Of a stretch of 64,000 bases of DNA, positions 53,911-63,643 are shown piece by piece. The notes beneath the pieces were generated by a model that was given only the letters and a program-made list of their open reading frames with translations, searched no databases and was not told where the DNA came from. Positions within the stretch are counted from its first letter, which is position 1; the number at the start of each line of letters is the position of its first letter. Source of the stretch: Patescibacteria group bacterium (GTDB taxonomy: Bacteria; Patescibacteriota; Minisyncoccia; Phycocordibacterales; CAIZLB01). The stretch is from assembly GCA_040384445.1 (NCBI GenBank), contig JAZKJG010000001.1, positions 7,650 to 71,649 on the forward strand. Reading direction: 5' to 3'. The position numbers were made by a program, and so were the translations under genes.

Positions 53911-56394
53911 ATGGCAAAAAGCAAAGCATCCAACCCAGCAGAAGAACCTGAAATTGTAGTACCAGCCCACATAAACGTTATCCCAAGAGGAATTGTAGAA
54001 GAGATGCAAGAGTCATATATTGACTACGCCATGTCAGTTATTACTGAGCGTGCACTTCCAGATATCCGAGATGGTCTAAAGCCAGTACAGAGAAGAATTC
54101 TTTTCGCCATGCATAAGATGGGACTTGTCCCAACAGCAAAGTTTAAGAAAAGTGCAACAGTGATCGGAGAAACTATGGGTAACTACCACCCACACGGTGA
54201 TGCTGCTATTTATCAAACTATGGTAAATATGGTGCAGGACTTTAGTATGAGATATCCTCTGATTTGGGGACAGGGTAACTTCGGAAACATTGACGGGTAT
54301 CCAGCTGCTGCACACCGATATACTGAGTCACGAATGGCAAAAATCGCTCCATTCATGCTAGCTGATATTGAAAAGAATACAGTAGATTTTCGCCCAAACT
54401 ATGATGGAACAAAGCGAGAGCCGACCGTTCTTCCGACAGTTATTCCAAACATGCTTCTGAACGGAACTCTAGGTATTGCTGTAGGTATGGCAACAAACAT
54501 TCCTCCTCATAACTTGGGAGAGATTGTTGACGCCACAAACCATCTTATTGATAATCCAGAAGCAACAACTTCTGATCTCTTGGAGTTTGTAAAAGGACCT
54601 GATTTTCCAACAGGAGGGATTATTTTTGATAAAAAAGCGATTGAGATAGCAGAGACTCATGGAAAAGGTGGAGTTGTTATGCGAGGTGAGGCTGAGATTG
54701 TTGAAGAGAAAGCAGGACAAGCCAAGATTGTGATTACGTCTATTCCGTATCGAGTGAACAAAGCATCACTTATCGAAAGTGTGGCTGATCTTGTGCGAGA
54801 CAAAAAACTTGAAGGGATCAAGGATATTCGAGATGAATCAACAACTGATATTCGAATTGTAATTGATTTGAAAAATGGAGCATATCCACAAAATATTTTA
54901 AACTTCCTATACAAACATACTCAGCTCGAGTCTACGTTCCACTACAATATTGTTGCGCTTGTAGACGGTGCACCTCAGACATTGTCATTGCGATCATCAC
55001 TTGATCATTTTATTACACACAGAAAATCAGTTATTAAACGAAGAACAGAGTTTGATTTACTAAAAGCCAAAGATAGAGCACATATTTTAGAGGGTCTTAA
55101 AAAGGCACTCGATCATATTGATGAGATTATTGCTCTTATCAAGAGAAGTAAAGATACTCCTACTGCACATACAAACTTGATGAAAGAGTTTAAGTTTTCT
55201 GATAGACAGTCTACTGCTATTCTTGAAATGAAACTTCAGCGACTTGCATCCCTAGAGCGAAAGAAGATTGAGGATGAACTTAAAGCTGTACAGGCTCTTA
55301 TTAAAGATCTTGAAGATATTCTTAAGAATCCAAAACGAGTTATTACAATTATTAAAGATGAGTTATCGGACATTAAAGCAAAATTTGGTGATGCGCGCCG
55401 AACCCGAGTTGTTGCCCATGGTATCCAAAACTTCTCTATTGAAGATGTGATTGCGGATGAAGAAAGTGTGCTCGTACTTACATCGGGTGGATATATTAAA
55501 CGAACAAATCCAGACGAGTACAAGAAGCAACGACGTGGAGGGGTTGGAGTGGTTGATGTAGATGTAAAAGAAGAGGATTTTATTACGCATCTTGTTTCTG
55601 CAACGATGCATAACGATCTTCTGTTCTTTACAGACAAAGGAAAAGCGTACCAGATCAAAATGTATGATATTCCAGAAGGTAAACGAGCTACGCGAGGTAA
55701 GTCTATTCAAAACTTCCTTTCACTTTCACAGGATGAGAAGGTAACCTCTATTCTTCCAATGCCAAAAGAAGTGAAGAAAGGAAGTGATCTATCTCTGATG
55801 TTGATTACAAAAGATGGAGTTGGAAAACGAGTTGGAATTGACAGTTTCAAAGATGTACGAAGAAGTGGAATTATTTCTATAAGTCTTGATGCAGGGGATC
55901 AACTTATTTCAGCGTCTTTTGTAGAACCAAAAGATACTGTGATTCTTGTATCATCGGATGCGCAGTCTATCCGATTCTCAGTCGAAGAAGTACGAGAAAT
56001 GGGACGAGCAGCAGGAGGTGTGCGAGCAATGAAGCTTGATAAGGGTGCATATATAGTAGGTGCAATCCCTGTAAAAGCTGGAAGCAAAGATGAAGCAGAG
56101 CTTCTTACTGTATCTACAAAAGGATACGGAAAGAAAACTTCTCTTGATGAATATAAAGTACAAGGGCGAGGAGGATCAGGAATTAAAACATTTAAAGTAA
56201 CAGAAAAAACTGGAGATCTTATTGCAGCACAGGTTGTAACTGAAGAGATTGAAGAAGTGGTAGCTATTTCAAAGAAGAGTCAGGTGATTCGATGTGAACT
56301 TAAAGAGATTCCAAATCTAGGACGTGATACACAAGGTGTACGAATTATGAAGCTTCGAGAAGGTGATTCACTTGCATCAGTTGTTGGAGTTTAA
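53911..56394 (+). CDS. gyrA: DNA gyrase subunit A (827 aa)
   Basis: RALPDIRDGLKPVQRRIL. AAHRYTESRM active-site Tyr region. GyrA-box-like QRRGG.G near the C-terminal beta-pinwheel repeats. Confidence 0.95.
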   Translation: MAKSKASNPAEEPEIVVPAHINVIPRGIVEEMQESYIDYAMSVITERALPDIRDGLKPVQRRILFAMHKMGLVPTAKFKKSATVIGETMGNYHPHGDAAIYQTMVNMVQDFSMRYPLIWGQGNFGNIDGYPAAAHRYTESRMAKIAPFMLADIEKNTVDFRPNYDGTKREPTVLPTVIPNMLLNGTLGIAVGMATNIPPHNLGEIVDATNHLIDNPEATTSDLLEFVKGPDFPTGGIIFDKKAIEIAETHGKGGVVMRGEAEIVEEKAGQAKIVITSIPYRVNKASLIESVADLVRDKKLEGIKDIRDESTTDIRIVIDLKNGAYPQNILNFLYKHTQLESTFHYNIVALVDGAPQTLSLRSSLDHFITHRKSVIKRRTEFDLLKAKDRAHILEGLKKALDHIDEIIALIKRSKDTPTAHTNLMKEFKFSDRQSTAILEMKLQRLASLERKKIEDELKAVQALIKDLEDILKNPKRVITIIKDELSDIKAKFGDARRTRVVAHGIQNFSIEDVIADEESVLVLTSGGYIKRTNPDEYKKQRRGGVGVVDVDVKEEDFITHLVSATMHNDLLFFTDKGKAYQIKMYDIPEGKRATRGKSIQNFLSLSQDEKVTSILPMPKEVKKGSDLSLMLITKDGVGKRVGIDSFKDVRRSGIISISLDAGDQLISASFVEPKDTVILVSSDAQSIRFSVEEVREMGRAAGGVRAMKLDKGAYIVGAIPVKAGSKDEAELLTVSTKGYGKKTSLDEYKVQGRGGSGIKTFKVTEKTGDLIAAQVVTEEIEEVVAISKKSQVIRCELKEIPNLGRDTQGVRIMKLREGDSLASVVGV

Positions 56395-56421
56395 GGGTAG
56401 AAACGTTATACTATAATCAAT

Positions 56422-57765
56422 ATGAGCATCACAAAAGACCTGAATATATTTCAACTTGTCACCATGGCTATATTTTTAGTTATCGGTGCAATTGGAATCG
56501 TATTATTTGCAACGAGTAAGGCAGGTATTGGTTCAAAAGGATATAAAGCAGAAGTGTGGGGAGTACTTCCAAAATCTGTCATCGATACTTCTCTCGATTC
56601 ATATAGAATTCAAGGGATTGATCCAAACTTCACGTATACAGAATTTCCTGAAGTTGGGTTTGGTCAAGCGATACTTCAAGCGGTTGCTGAAGGTCGAGGA
56701 CCTGATGCGATTATTTTCCCTGACACTATGTATTTTGGTCAGGTAAATAAGCTCGTTACAATTCCTTCAGAAACAATTTCTGCAAAAACATTTGAAGAGA
56801 CATATATTGATGCTGGAAGAAAATTTGGTGTTGTTGGAGGAATTAAAGCTTTTCCACTTGTAGTAGATCCGATTGTAATGTATTACAACCGAGACATGTT
56901 TACATCGGCTGGAATTCTAATTCCACCAAAGACATGGAAAGAAGTGAGTGATCTTACAAACAAAATTGCGCGAAAACGAGATGATGGAGTTCTAGATCGA
57001 GCTTTTGTGGCGCTTGGAGAATATTCGAACATAAATCATGCCAAGGAAATTATATATACTCTACTTTCACAAGCTGGTGTTCGAATGAGTTTTTATGATG
57101 CTGGAATTAGCTCGTATAGTTCTGGTATTACAAAATCACAACAATCTGAGCTCGAGGCTGGTGCTATCTCTGCATCAGAAAAAACTCGTTCAGTGCTTTC
57201 GTATTACACTGAATTTGCAAACCCCTTGAAATCTACATATTCATGGAATAGATCTTTTTCTTCATCTAGAGATGCATTTCTTGCGCAAAACTTAGCTGTG
57301 TACTTTGGTCCAGGAAGTGAAGTCGAATACATGAGAAGTCGAAACCCAAATCTTAACTTCGCTATTGCTCCAGTTCCGCAAGAGAATTCTGATTTTAAAT
57401 CAGTACACGGAAAAACATACGCACTTGGGTTTTTGATTACATCAAAAAATGTAAAAGGTGCATATGACGAGGTGACAAAATTCTTTACTGCAGATCCTAT
57501 GATGGAGGGGTTGGCAAATGCAATGAGAATTGCTCCTGCAAAACGATCTCTTATTATCACTTCAAAATCAGCTCTAAACAGTGCAGATCTTGGTGTGATC
57601 TATGATTCAGCCGTATACGCAGGCACATGGATGGATCCAAATCCTGCTGCGTCAGATGATATTTTGACAACCCTCATCGAGGCAATCACAAGTGGTAAGC
57701 AAACTATTTCAGAGTCTATACAAGACGCCTCAGATAGATTGGATCGATTATATAACCCACAATAG
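56422..57765 (+). CDS. Extracellular solute-binding protein (family-1-like), N-terminal TM anchor (447 aa)
   Basis: TM helix. GPDAIIFPD. PLVVDPIVMYYNRDMFTSAGILIPPKTWKEV (MalE-like block). No adjacent permease/ATPase genes. Confidence 0.6.
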   Translation: MSITKDLNIFQLVTMAIFLVIGAIGIVLFATSKAGIGSKGYKAEVWGVLPKSVIDTSLDSYRIQGIDPNFTYTEFPEVGFGQAILQAVAEGRGPDAIIFPDTMYFGQVNKLVTIPSETISAKTFEETYIDAGRKFGVVGGIKAFPLVVDPIVMYYNRDMFTSAGILIPPKTWKEVSDLTNKIARKRDDGVLDRAFVALGEYSNINHAKEIIYTLLSQAGVRMSFYDAGISSYSSGITKSQQSELEAGAISASEKTRSVLSYYTEFANPLKSTYSWNRSFSSSRDAFLAQNLAVYFGPGSEVEYMRSRNPNLNFAIAPVPQENSDFKSVHGKTYALGFLITSKNVKGAYDEVTKFFTADPMMEGLANAMRIAPAKRSLIITSKSALNSADLGVIYDSAVYAGTWMDPNPAASDDILTTLIEAITSGKQTISESIQDASDRLDRLYNPQ

Positions 57766-57782
57766 TGTGATATTATAAAGCT

Positions 57783-58094
57783 ATGGGAAATTTTTTAAAA
57801 CTTCAATGCTTTGGTGAGCAAGCTGGATGTGGGTGGAAAGAATTAGAGCCGTTAGTAACTGGTATCTTAAAAAATTTATTAATCATCGGAATGTTTATTG
57901 CAGCAGTTATGATTTCGTACACAGGGTGGATTTTGTTTAAAGGTATGGGCGACCCTTCTGCACGAAGTAAAGCACGAGCAAAGTTAATTAATATTGTGAT
58001 CGGACTTATTATTCTCTTTGGTGCGTACTTTATAGTAGATTTGGTATTGACACAGCTTGGGGTAAAAGGTGACTATAGAAAAATAGGTATTTAA
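57783..58094 (+). CDS. Small two-TM pilin-like protein, paralogue 1 (VirB2/TrbC-like topology)
   Basis: Helix-loop-helix: LLIIGMFIAAVMISYTGWILF / KGMGDPSARSKARAK / LINIVIGLIILFGAYFIV. Confidence 0.55.
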   Translation: MGNFLKLQCFGEQAGCGWKELEPLVTGILKNLLIIGMFIAAVMISYTGWILFKGMGDPSARSKARAKLINIVIGLIILFGAYFIVDLVLTQLGVKGDYRKIGI

Positions 58095-58115
58095 AAGCTA
58101 TAATTATATATACAT

Positions 58116-58382
58116 ATGCAAATTCCGAATCCGACAAAATTTAATGATCTGACACAAATTGTGGCAGTAGTTGTAAACGTTGTACAAATTCTTCTTATCA
58201 TGGCTACGACTCTATATCTGATCTATGCAGGTCTGATGTTTGTGACAGCACGAGGAGATTCTGCAAAGCTTACAAAAGCGCGAGACGCGTTACTTTGGGG
58301 AATGGTTGGAGCTGCACTTATTCTTGCAGCACGAGTTCTCGTGACAACATTACAAGGGACAGTTAATAGCGTATTAGGATAA
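58116..58382 (+). CDS. Small two-TM pilin-like protein, paralogue 2
   Basis: TARGDSAKLTKARDALLWGMVGAALIL loop + TM2, homologous to paralogue 1. Confidence 0.55.
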   Translation: MQIPNPTKFNDLTQIVAVVVNVVQILLIMATTLYLIYAGLMFVTARGDSAKLTKARDALLWGMVGAALILAARVLVTTLQGTVNSVLG

Positions 58383-58386
58383 TTTT

Positions 58387-58929
58387 ATGAAATATATATT
58401 TTTATTTTTACTTTTGGTTACTGCGGGAGGTGTTGGAGCACAAGGTGTTGATTATAAAGCGAATCCAAATTTTTATACAGACAATGTTGCTCAATCAAAT
58501 GCGAGCGGAGGATTGCTTAATACATCAGACAGTAATACAAGTGGAGGGCAAGTAAATACGTCTGGAGGTAATTTTAGTGGTGGGCAAATAAACACTTCGG
58601 GTGGTAACTACAGTGGTGGTCAACTTCAAGAGATAAGTAAGCCTAATCTTACAATCGTAGGAATTACAAACTGGTTTGTTCAAATTCTAAATTATATCGG
58701 TATCCTTATCTTCACTGCAGCACTTGTATGTTTCTTGTATGGAGTCTTCCTGCTTATGTTTGTTCATGGTGCGAGTGACGAATCTCGATCAAAAGGTAAA
58801 AAATTTATTACATGGGGAATCGTTTCTCTGTTTGTTATGACATCGACTTGGGGACTTGTAAACATTCTACGATCTTCAATCTTTGGTTCAAGTGGGGGAA
58901 GTACCTTGTATATCCCACAACTAAAGTAG
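58387..58929 (+). CDS. Small two-TM pilin-like protein, paralogue 3, with signal peptide and Gly/Asn-rich 8-aa repeats
   Basis: Signal peptide. SGGQVNTSGGNFSGGQINTSGGNYSGGQ repeats. HGASDESRSKGKKFITWGIVSLFVMTSTWGLVNILRS. Confidence 0.55.
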   Translation: MKYIFLFLLLVTAGGVGAQGVDYKANPNFYTDNVAQSNASGGLLNTSDSNTSGGQVNTSGGNFSGGQINTSGGNYSGGQLQEISKPNLTIVGITNWFVQILNYIGILIFTAALVCFLYGVFLLMFVHGASDESRSKGKKFITWGIVSLFVMTSTWGLVNILRSSIFGSSGGSTLYIPQLK

Positions 58930-58977
58930 TATACTATATACGTATTTATTAATTAATTAAACAATCATTATTTCTAT

Positions 58978-59367
58978 ATGAAATTATTACTATCAATATT
59001 AACCTTAGCCCTTACTCCTGTTTTTGCTTTTGCACAGGGAGCAGCACCAGTAACTCGAACAGTTGATGGATTTCTAAACTACCTTATCTACATTGCAGGA
59101 CGAGCACTTCCACTTCTTATTCTAGCTGCTGTTGTTCTACTCCTTTTTGGAATCGTAAATACATTTTTCTTCCAAAGTGATGGTGAAAAGAGAAAAGAAG
59201 GAAAGTCATTTATCATATGGGGAATTGTTGCATTGTTTGTTATGGTATCAGTATGGGGACTTGTAAACATCCTACGTTCAACTTTCCAGCTTGATAATAA
59301 TAATATTCCATCAGCTCCTACTATCCCAGTACAGAACGCACCGATGGCAGTACCTACAACAAACTAA
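58978..59367 (+). CDS. Small two-TM pilin-like protein, paralogue 4, with signal peptide
   Basis: SDGEKRKEGKSFIIWGIVALFVMVSVWGLVNILRS, near-identical core to paralogue 3. Confidence 0.55.
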   Translation: MKLLLSILTLALTPVFAFAQGAAPVTRTVDGFLNYLIYIAGRALPLLILAAVVLLLFGIVNTFFFQSDGEKRKEGKSFIIWGIVALFVMVSVWGLVNILRSTFQLDNNNIPSAPTIPVQNAPMAVPTTN

Positions 59368-59438
59368 AGAATAGTTGTTGCTATAAAAACCTAACGATGA
59401 GTTAGGTTTTTTTGGTATCTGTATTATAATAAACACAT

Positions 59439-59732
59439 ATGAATTCAGCACTCGTGATTATATCTAAAATTAATCAAAATATTCTTAATCCAATTATAAT
59501 CATACTATTCGGGGTCGCGATGATTTATTTCTTGTTTGGAGTTCTAGAATATTTATGGAAATCAAAGTCAGATCCTGCTGCAATTCAAACAGGCGCAAAG
59601 CATATGGGGTGGGGATTATTCGGAATGTTCGTCATGGTTTCTGTGTTTGGGTTCTTACAGTTTATTATTAATACATTGCCGATTGATACGACAACGAAGG
59701 ATAATGTAAACAAAGTATTGCCGTTAAATTAA
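59439..59732 (+). CDS. Small two-TM pilin-like protein, paralogue 5
   Basis: KSKSDPAAIQTGAKHMGWGLFGMFVMVSVFGFLQFI core. Confidence 0.5.
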   Translation: MNSALVIISKINQNILNPIIIILFGVAMIYFLFGVLEYLWKSKSDPAAIQTGAKHMGWGLFGMFVMVSVFGFLQFIINTLPIDTTTKDNVNKVLPLN

Positions 59733-59740
59733 AAAAAGAA

Positions 59741-59776
59741 CCCCTAGCGGCTCGGGTGAGCTACTAGGGGTTTGAG
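59741..59776. terminator. Bidirectional intrinsic terminator (cccctag ... ctagggg)
   Basis: 7-bp stem. A-run upstream, T-rich downstream. Lies between convergent genes. Confidence 0.5.
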
Positions 59777-59786
59777 TTTGATGCGG

Positions 59787-60479
59787 TTAGGATTTAACCT
59801 CTGCATCCAGTCCGATTTCAGCGACTATAGGAGTGGGATCATCCTTATCTTGGATGATCCTGATACCTGAAATGTTCTTGACATCACTGAGACTGAAGGG
59901 GTGAAGTTCACCCCATTTGTTGTTCTGCCAGTCCCAAGTTCTTCCTTGGCCGTCCCCGATGTGTTTGATTCTGAGTTTTGAGGAAGGTTTCCCTTTCTCA
60001 GTGATGATCATGTCGTAAACGACCGGACCTTCACAACTCACGACCGCCCGTTTGTATTTGGCGACCGGGATCATCTGCATCTCTTCGCCATCCTTCAGGA
60101 CGTACCATCCACGCAATTCCTTGCGAGTAGGTTTAAAGATCCCGTGGGGACCACCTTCATCGCTGTAGAACATGAAGTTGAGCCCCTTGAATTCCAACCG
60201 AGGAACATTTCTGTCCTGGTAGAGACTCTTTTCGATAATAGTTGTTTTCTTGGTTTCTGTTACCGAAACGGAGCCGTCGAGGCTACGGCTGACGGTTGGG
60301 GGAGGTGTGGGGGTGGAAGGTGTTTCGGGTTCGAGGTTGACGTTTGTTACTGTAGTGCTTTGAGGAACTGGTTGCGACAGGATCCTCAATTGTCTTTCGG
60401 TATGACAACTTTTGACTTTGAGTGCAAAGAAGATAAACACAGCAAAGGCCATTACGGCACCAATTCTTATTTTAGTCAT
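59787..60479 (-). CDS. Hypothetical membrane-anchored protein (230 aa)
   Basis: N-terminal TM. Pro/Thr linker. Globular C-terminal domain. No family recognised. Confidence 0.45.
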   Translation of the reverse strand: MTKIRIGAVMAFAVFIFFALKVKSCHTERQLRILSQPVPQSTTVTNVNLEPETPSTPTPPPTVSRSLDGSVSVTETKKTTIIEKSLYQDRNVPRLEFKGLNFMFYSDEGGPHGIFKPTRKELRGWYVLKDGEEMQMIPVAKYKRAVVSCEGPVVYDMIITEKGKPSSKLRIKHIGDGQGRTWDWQNNKWGELHPFSLSDVKNISGIRIIQDKDDPTPIVAEIGLDAEVKS

Positions 60480-60577
60480 ATGTGTAGCTTTCTGGTAAAG
60501 GACTCGTTCATGATTTCTCCTGCTTCCATCATGGAAGTAGTCTCACAAACATGTATATATTATACCATTATTAAGGT

Positions 60578-60641
60578 AAAAAAGCAAGTATAATAAAATC
60601 CCGCAAGGAAACCCTTATTTATAGGGTAAATCCTTGCGGGA
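60578..60641 (-). terminator. Intrinsic terminator on the minus strand (11-bp stem tcccgcaagga/tccttgcggga with nested hairpin, then U-tract)
   Basis: Immediately downstream (minus sense) of the stop at 60658. The rc shows ttttattatacttgctttttt after the stem. Confidence 0.6.
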
Positions 60642-60657
60642 ATGATGTAGTAGGCTG

Positions 60658-62061
60658 TTATTTTCTATCCTTCTTCGAACTGTCGATATTGAGGAATGTT
60701 CCTGAGGCAGCCTTACCTGCAAGTTCAATTGTCTGACGAGTTCCTTCCTTACGTTCAACCTGTTCCTTGGCTTCTTTCATTGAAATCATATCATCACCTT
60801 TGAGTTCTGTCGGTGTGCCGATCATGTTGAGATCCTTCCACGTTTCCAGGATCTTTTCATTGGTGTTTTTGAGATCAATACGTTCGGTCTCTTCGTCGAT
60901 TATCTGAGCCGCTTTCCTCTGCATTGCCCGAACGATATCCGGATACTCGTTTTCTATGTCTTTAACTCGGATATCAAGAAGATCGAAGCCTAGATTGTTG
61001 AGTAACGTATGCGCACTCTCTGGACCTCTTTCATCCATTATTTCTTTAGAGAGTGTGTCTGTGGCTGCCTTTAAGATATCAATGTTGGGGAAGCGTTTAA
61101 CTTCATTTCCATCTTTATCCAATTTAACCTTTTCAATCTCGTCTAGTACAGGCATCTGCACAAAACGGAAGATGACAGCATTAATTGCAGCAACAACTCG
61201 TCTCTCTTTGTCTCCTGCGAGTTTCAAGTATGCACGTGTGCTGTTAGGGCGATACTCGAACGAAACGTCAAACTTAGCTCTGAAGCCATTACCTTCAACG
61301 ATGAATGGTTCACGCTTGCCATCTTTTCCAAGCAAGCCAATTGTAACATTTTCCTTTTGAAATGGGACTGTTAAAATTTCCGTCCCAATCCATTTCGGCA
61401 GCCCAAGACAGGTAAAGCCATGGTGAATATCATCGAATATAGGCTTTCCGAAATAAAGAATTACTCCTCTAAAGTTAAGCCCGATAGTTGTTGAATCAAA
61501 GCTATCCCAGACAGAATAGACTACTCCAAGCAACAGAATCAAGTCGAAGGCAGATTTGAAAAATCCACTTCCGCCAAGAGGGATGTAGAGCAGTGTATTC
61601 AGAATTGTCCAGATAACATATGTTCCAACTGTATGGAAAGAAATGAAGAATATGAATCGGCATAAGTTGCTCTCAGTATTTGACAACCGAGGTCCAACAA
61701 GTTCCGAAGGCATACCTTTATCTCCTTTAATTTCGACTGCTGGTTTTTTAAGCCAAGCATATATCCCCCAAGTTCCCAAGAGAACCAAGGTTGTAATGAT
61801 AAGCGGTGTTGCAATTGTTTCCGGATTCAGATTAATCTGGTCCCTAGGAAGCACTGTGCTATTCAGCCACATGATTCCTAGAACAGAGAGCAGGGTTGTG
61901 ATAGGGATTATCCAGAAGAAAATCAACCGATGCATCCTTCCTCTCCTGACTCTCTCATTCTCGATCTGCAGATGCAGTTCTTTAGATATTACTCTTTCCA
62001 TAACGGTATAGGTGTTGGGTTTGGTGTTAAAGATCCAAGGAAGTCTCTCTTCCTTACCCAT
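60658..62061 (-). CDS. SPFH/band-7 domain membrane protein (467 aa)
   Basis: N-terminal multi-TM region, then SPFH-like core (FDVSFEYRP...ERRVVAAINAVIFRFV...LLDIRVKDIENEYPDIVRAMQRKAAQIIDEE) and a coiled-coil tail. Confidence 0.6.
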   Translation of the reverse strand: MGKEERLPWIFNTKPNTYTVMERVISKELHLQIENERVRRGRMHRLIFFWIIPITTLLSVLGIMWLNSTVLPRDQINLNPETIATPLIITTLVLLGTWGIYAWLKKPAVEIKGDKGMPSELVGPRLSNTESNLCRFIFFISFHTVGTYVIWTILNTLLYIPLGGSGFFKSAFDLILLLGVVYSVWDSFDSTTIGLNFRGVILYFGKPIFDDIHHGFTCLGLPKWIGTEILTVPFQKENVTIGLLGKDGKREPFIVEGNGFRAKFDVSFEYRPNSTRAYLKLAGDKERRVVAAINAVIFRFVQMPVLDEIEKVKLDKDGNEVKRFPNIDILKAATDTLSKEIMDERGPESAHTLLNNLGFDLLDIRVKDIENEYPDIVRAMQRKAAQIIDEETERIDLKNTNEKILETWKDLNMIGTPTELKGDDMISMKEAKEQVERKEGTRQTIELAGKAASGTFLNIDSSKKDRK

Positions 62062-62095
62062 GTATTATACCTTATTTTACCCTAAAAATCAACCC

Positions 62096-63643
62096 CTAGT
62101 GTGACAAATGCTTCAATCGTCTTGCTGGTGCTCGTAGAAGCCCAAATATAGCCTTCTTAAGGCTAAAATGAGGCATAGCTGCTCTCATAAACGGTACAAA
62201 CACTCCAATACTAAACAGAGCCCATGCAGTGTTATTTACCACTGATGCTGACAAACCTTCTCTCATTACGGCCACTGTAAATCCAACCACGAACAATACT
62301 ATGTAAGAAATATGAGGAAGAATGAGTAATGGAAAATTTCCCTTGATAGCAGTCTTTGATGTTACTGAAAATGTATTTTTTGTCCCAGTTATAGCTGCCC
62401 ATAGTGCTTGAAAATGAATCCAGAATCCACTCATTGCAAATGAAAGTGCGATAAATGTAAATTGAAAGTTAGATGTGACCGACAGGTTGTACACAGAAAG
62501 TAAAATGTATGGAAGGAAAATCACAGCCAAAAGCATTGAAGAAATTTCAATTGGTATCAATCCTGTAAATAGAAAAACAATCGGCAATAGTATATTGATT
62601 GCAACAACAATTCCTGAAAGGAAAAAAGTTACTGCAGAAAGGTATTGAATCTTTTGAGCCAAAGTTAACCCTTTTCTCATGATCACGTTGTATTTAAAAA
62701 TTACGTCGAGTGCTCCTCGAGCCCATCTGAATTGTTGTTTTGTGTATGATAGAAAATCTTCTGGCGCTAAACCTTCAGCAAGAACTTCAGGAAGATAAAA
62801 TGAATTCCATCCTTTTTCATGAATGAACATTCCTGTTGCAAAATCTTCCGCAATACTTTCGGTACACATTCCTCCAACTTGTGAGAGTGCTTCTCGTGAG
62901 ATCACCATATTTGTTCCACACATTGTTGCGGCGTTCAGTCTGTTTTTTCCTCGACAGATTGGACCGTAAAATAATTCTTGTTGTTCCCATGCTGCACGAG
63001 TCACACGATTTACATACGCGTTTTTATAGTACTGAGGTGTTTGTACAAATCCCATATTTTGATCTACAAAATACGGCATAGTTTTTTCAAGGAAGTCTGG
63101 ATATGGAACATGATCTGCATCAAAAATTACAATGTATGGCGCTTTGGTTTGTCCAATTGCATTGTTAATGTTTCCAGCTTTTGCACCACCGTTCTCTTGT
63201 CGTGTAAAACATGTAACCCTAAGCTCTTTTCCGAGCGCTTCGATTTCTTGCCAGTTATCTTTACCTGCCACGAATCCATCATTTAAAATATACACTGTAT
63301 GATTCGGATAGTGCATATCTCGTGCCGCCGTTACTGTGGTTCGAACGATGTCAGTAGGCTCTCCTGCAACTGTAATAAACACATCAACGTGAGGAGTAAA
63401 TTCTGCATGTACTCGAACAGCATGTTTCATATCCCAAACTGTATATAGATATGTAAGAGCCTGCCATGTGTGAAAAACTTCACCTACAATTACAAGGGTA
63501 AAGAGGAATGCATTTCCAGGACTAAAGAGAAAAGTAATAGCGGCAAAATAGATGAGAGATGCAGCACCTGTAATCAAGATCAGTATTTTTGAAGAATACT
63601 CAGCTAGAAAAGTTTTTCGAGATGGAGATGATGTGTATGTCAT
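62096..63643 (-). CDS. Processive family-2 glycosyltransferase, cellulose/chitin-synthase-like (515 aa)
   Basis: N-terminal TM. YILNDG and IVIFDADH D-motifs. QQFRWARG (QxxRW) motif. C-terminal multi-TM channel-like region. Confidence 0.8.
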   Translation of the reverse strand: MTYTSSPSRKTFLAEYSSKILILITGAASLIYFAAITFLFSPGNAFLFTLVIVGEVFHTWQALTYLYTVWDMKHAVRVHAEFTPHVDVFITVAGEPTDIVRTTVTAARDMHYPNHTVYILNDGFVAGKDNWQEIEALGKELRVTCFTRQENGGAKAGNINNAIGQTKAPYIVIFDADHVPYPDFLEKTMPYFVDQNMGFVQTPQYYKNAYVNRVTRAAWEQQELFYGPICRGKNRLNAATMCGTNMVISREALSQVGGMCTESIAEDFATGMFIHEKGWNSFYLPEVLAEGLAPEDFLSYTKQQFRWARGALDVIFKYNVIMRKGLTLAQKIQYLSAVTFFLSGIVVAINILLPIVFLFTGLIPIEISSMLLAVIFLPYILLSVYNLSVTSNFQFTFIALSFAMSGFWIHFQALWAAITGTKNTFSVTSKTAIKGNFPLLILPHISYIVLFVVGFTVAVMREGLSASVVNNTAWALFSIGVFVPFMRAAMPHFSLKKAIFGLLRAPARRLKHLSH

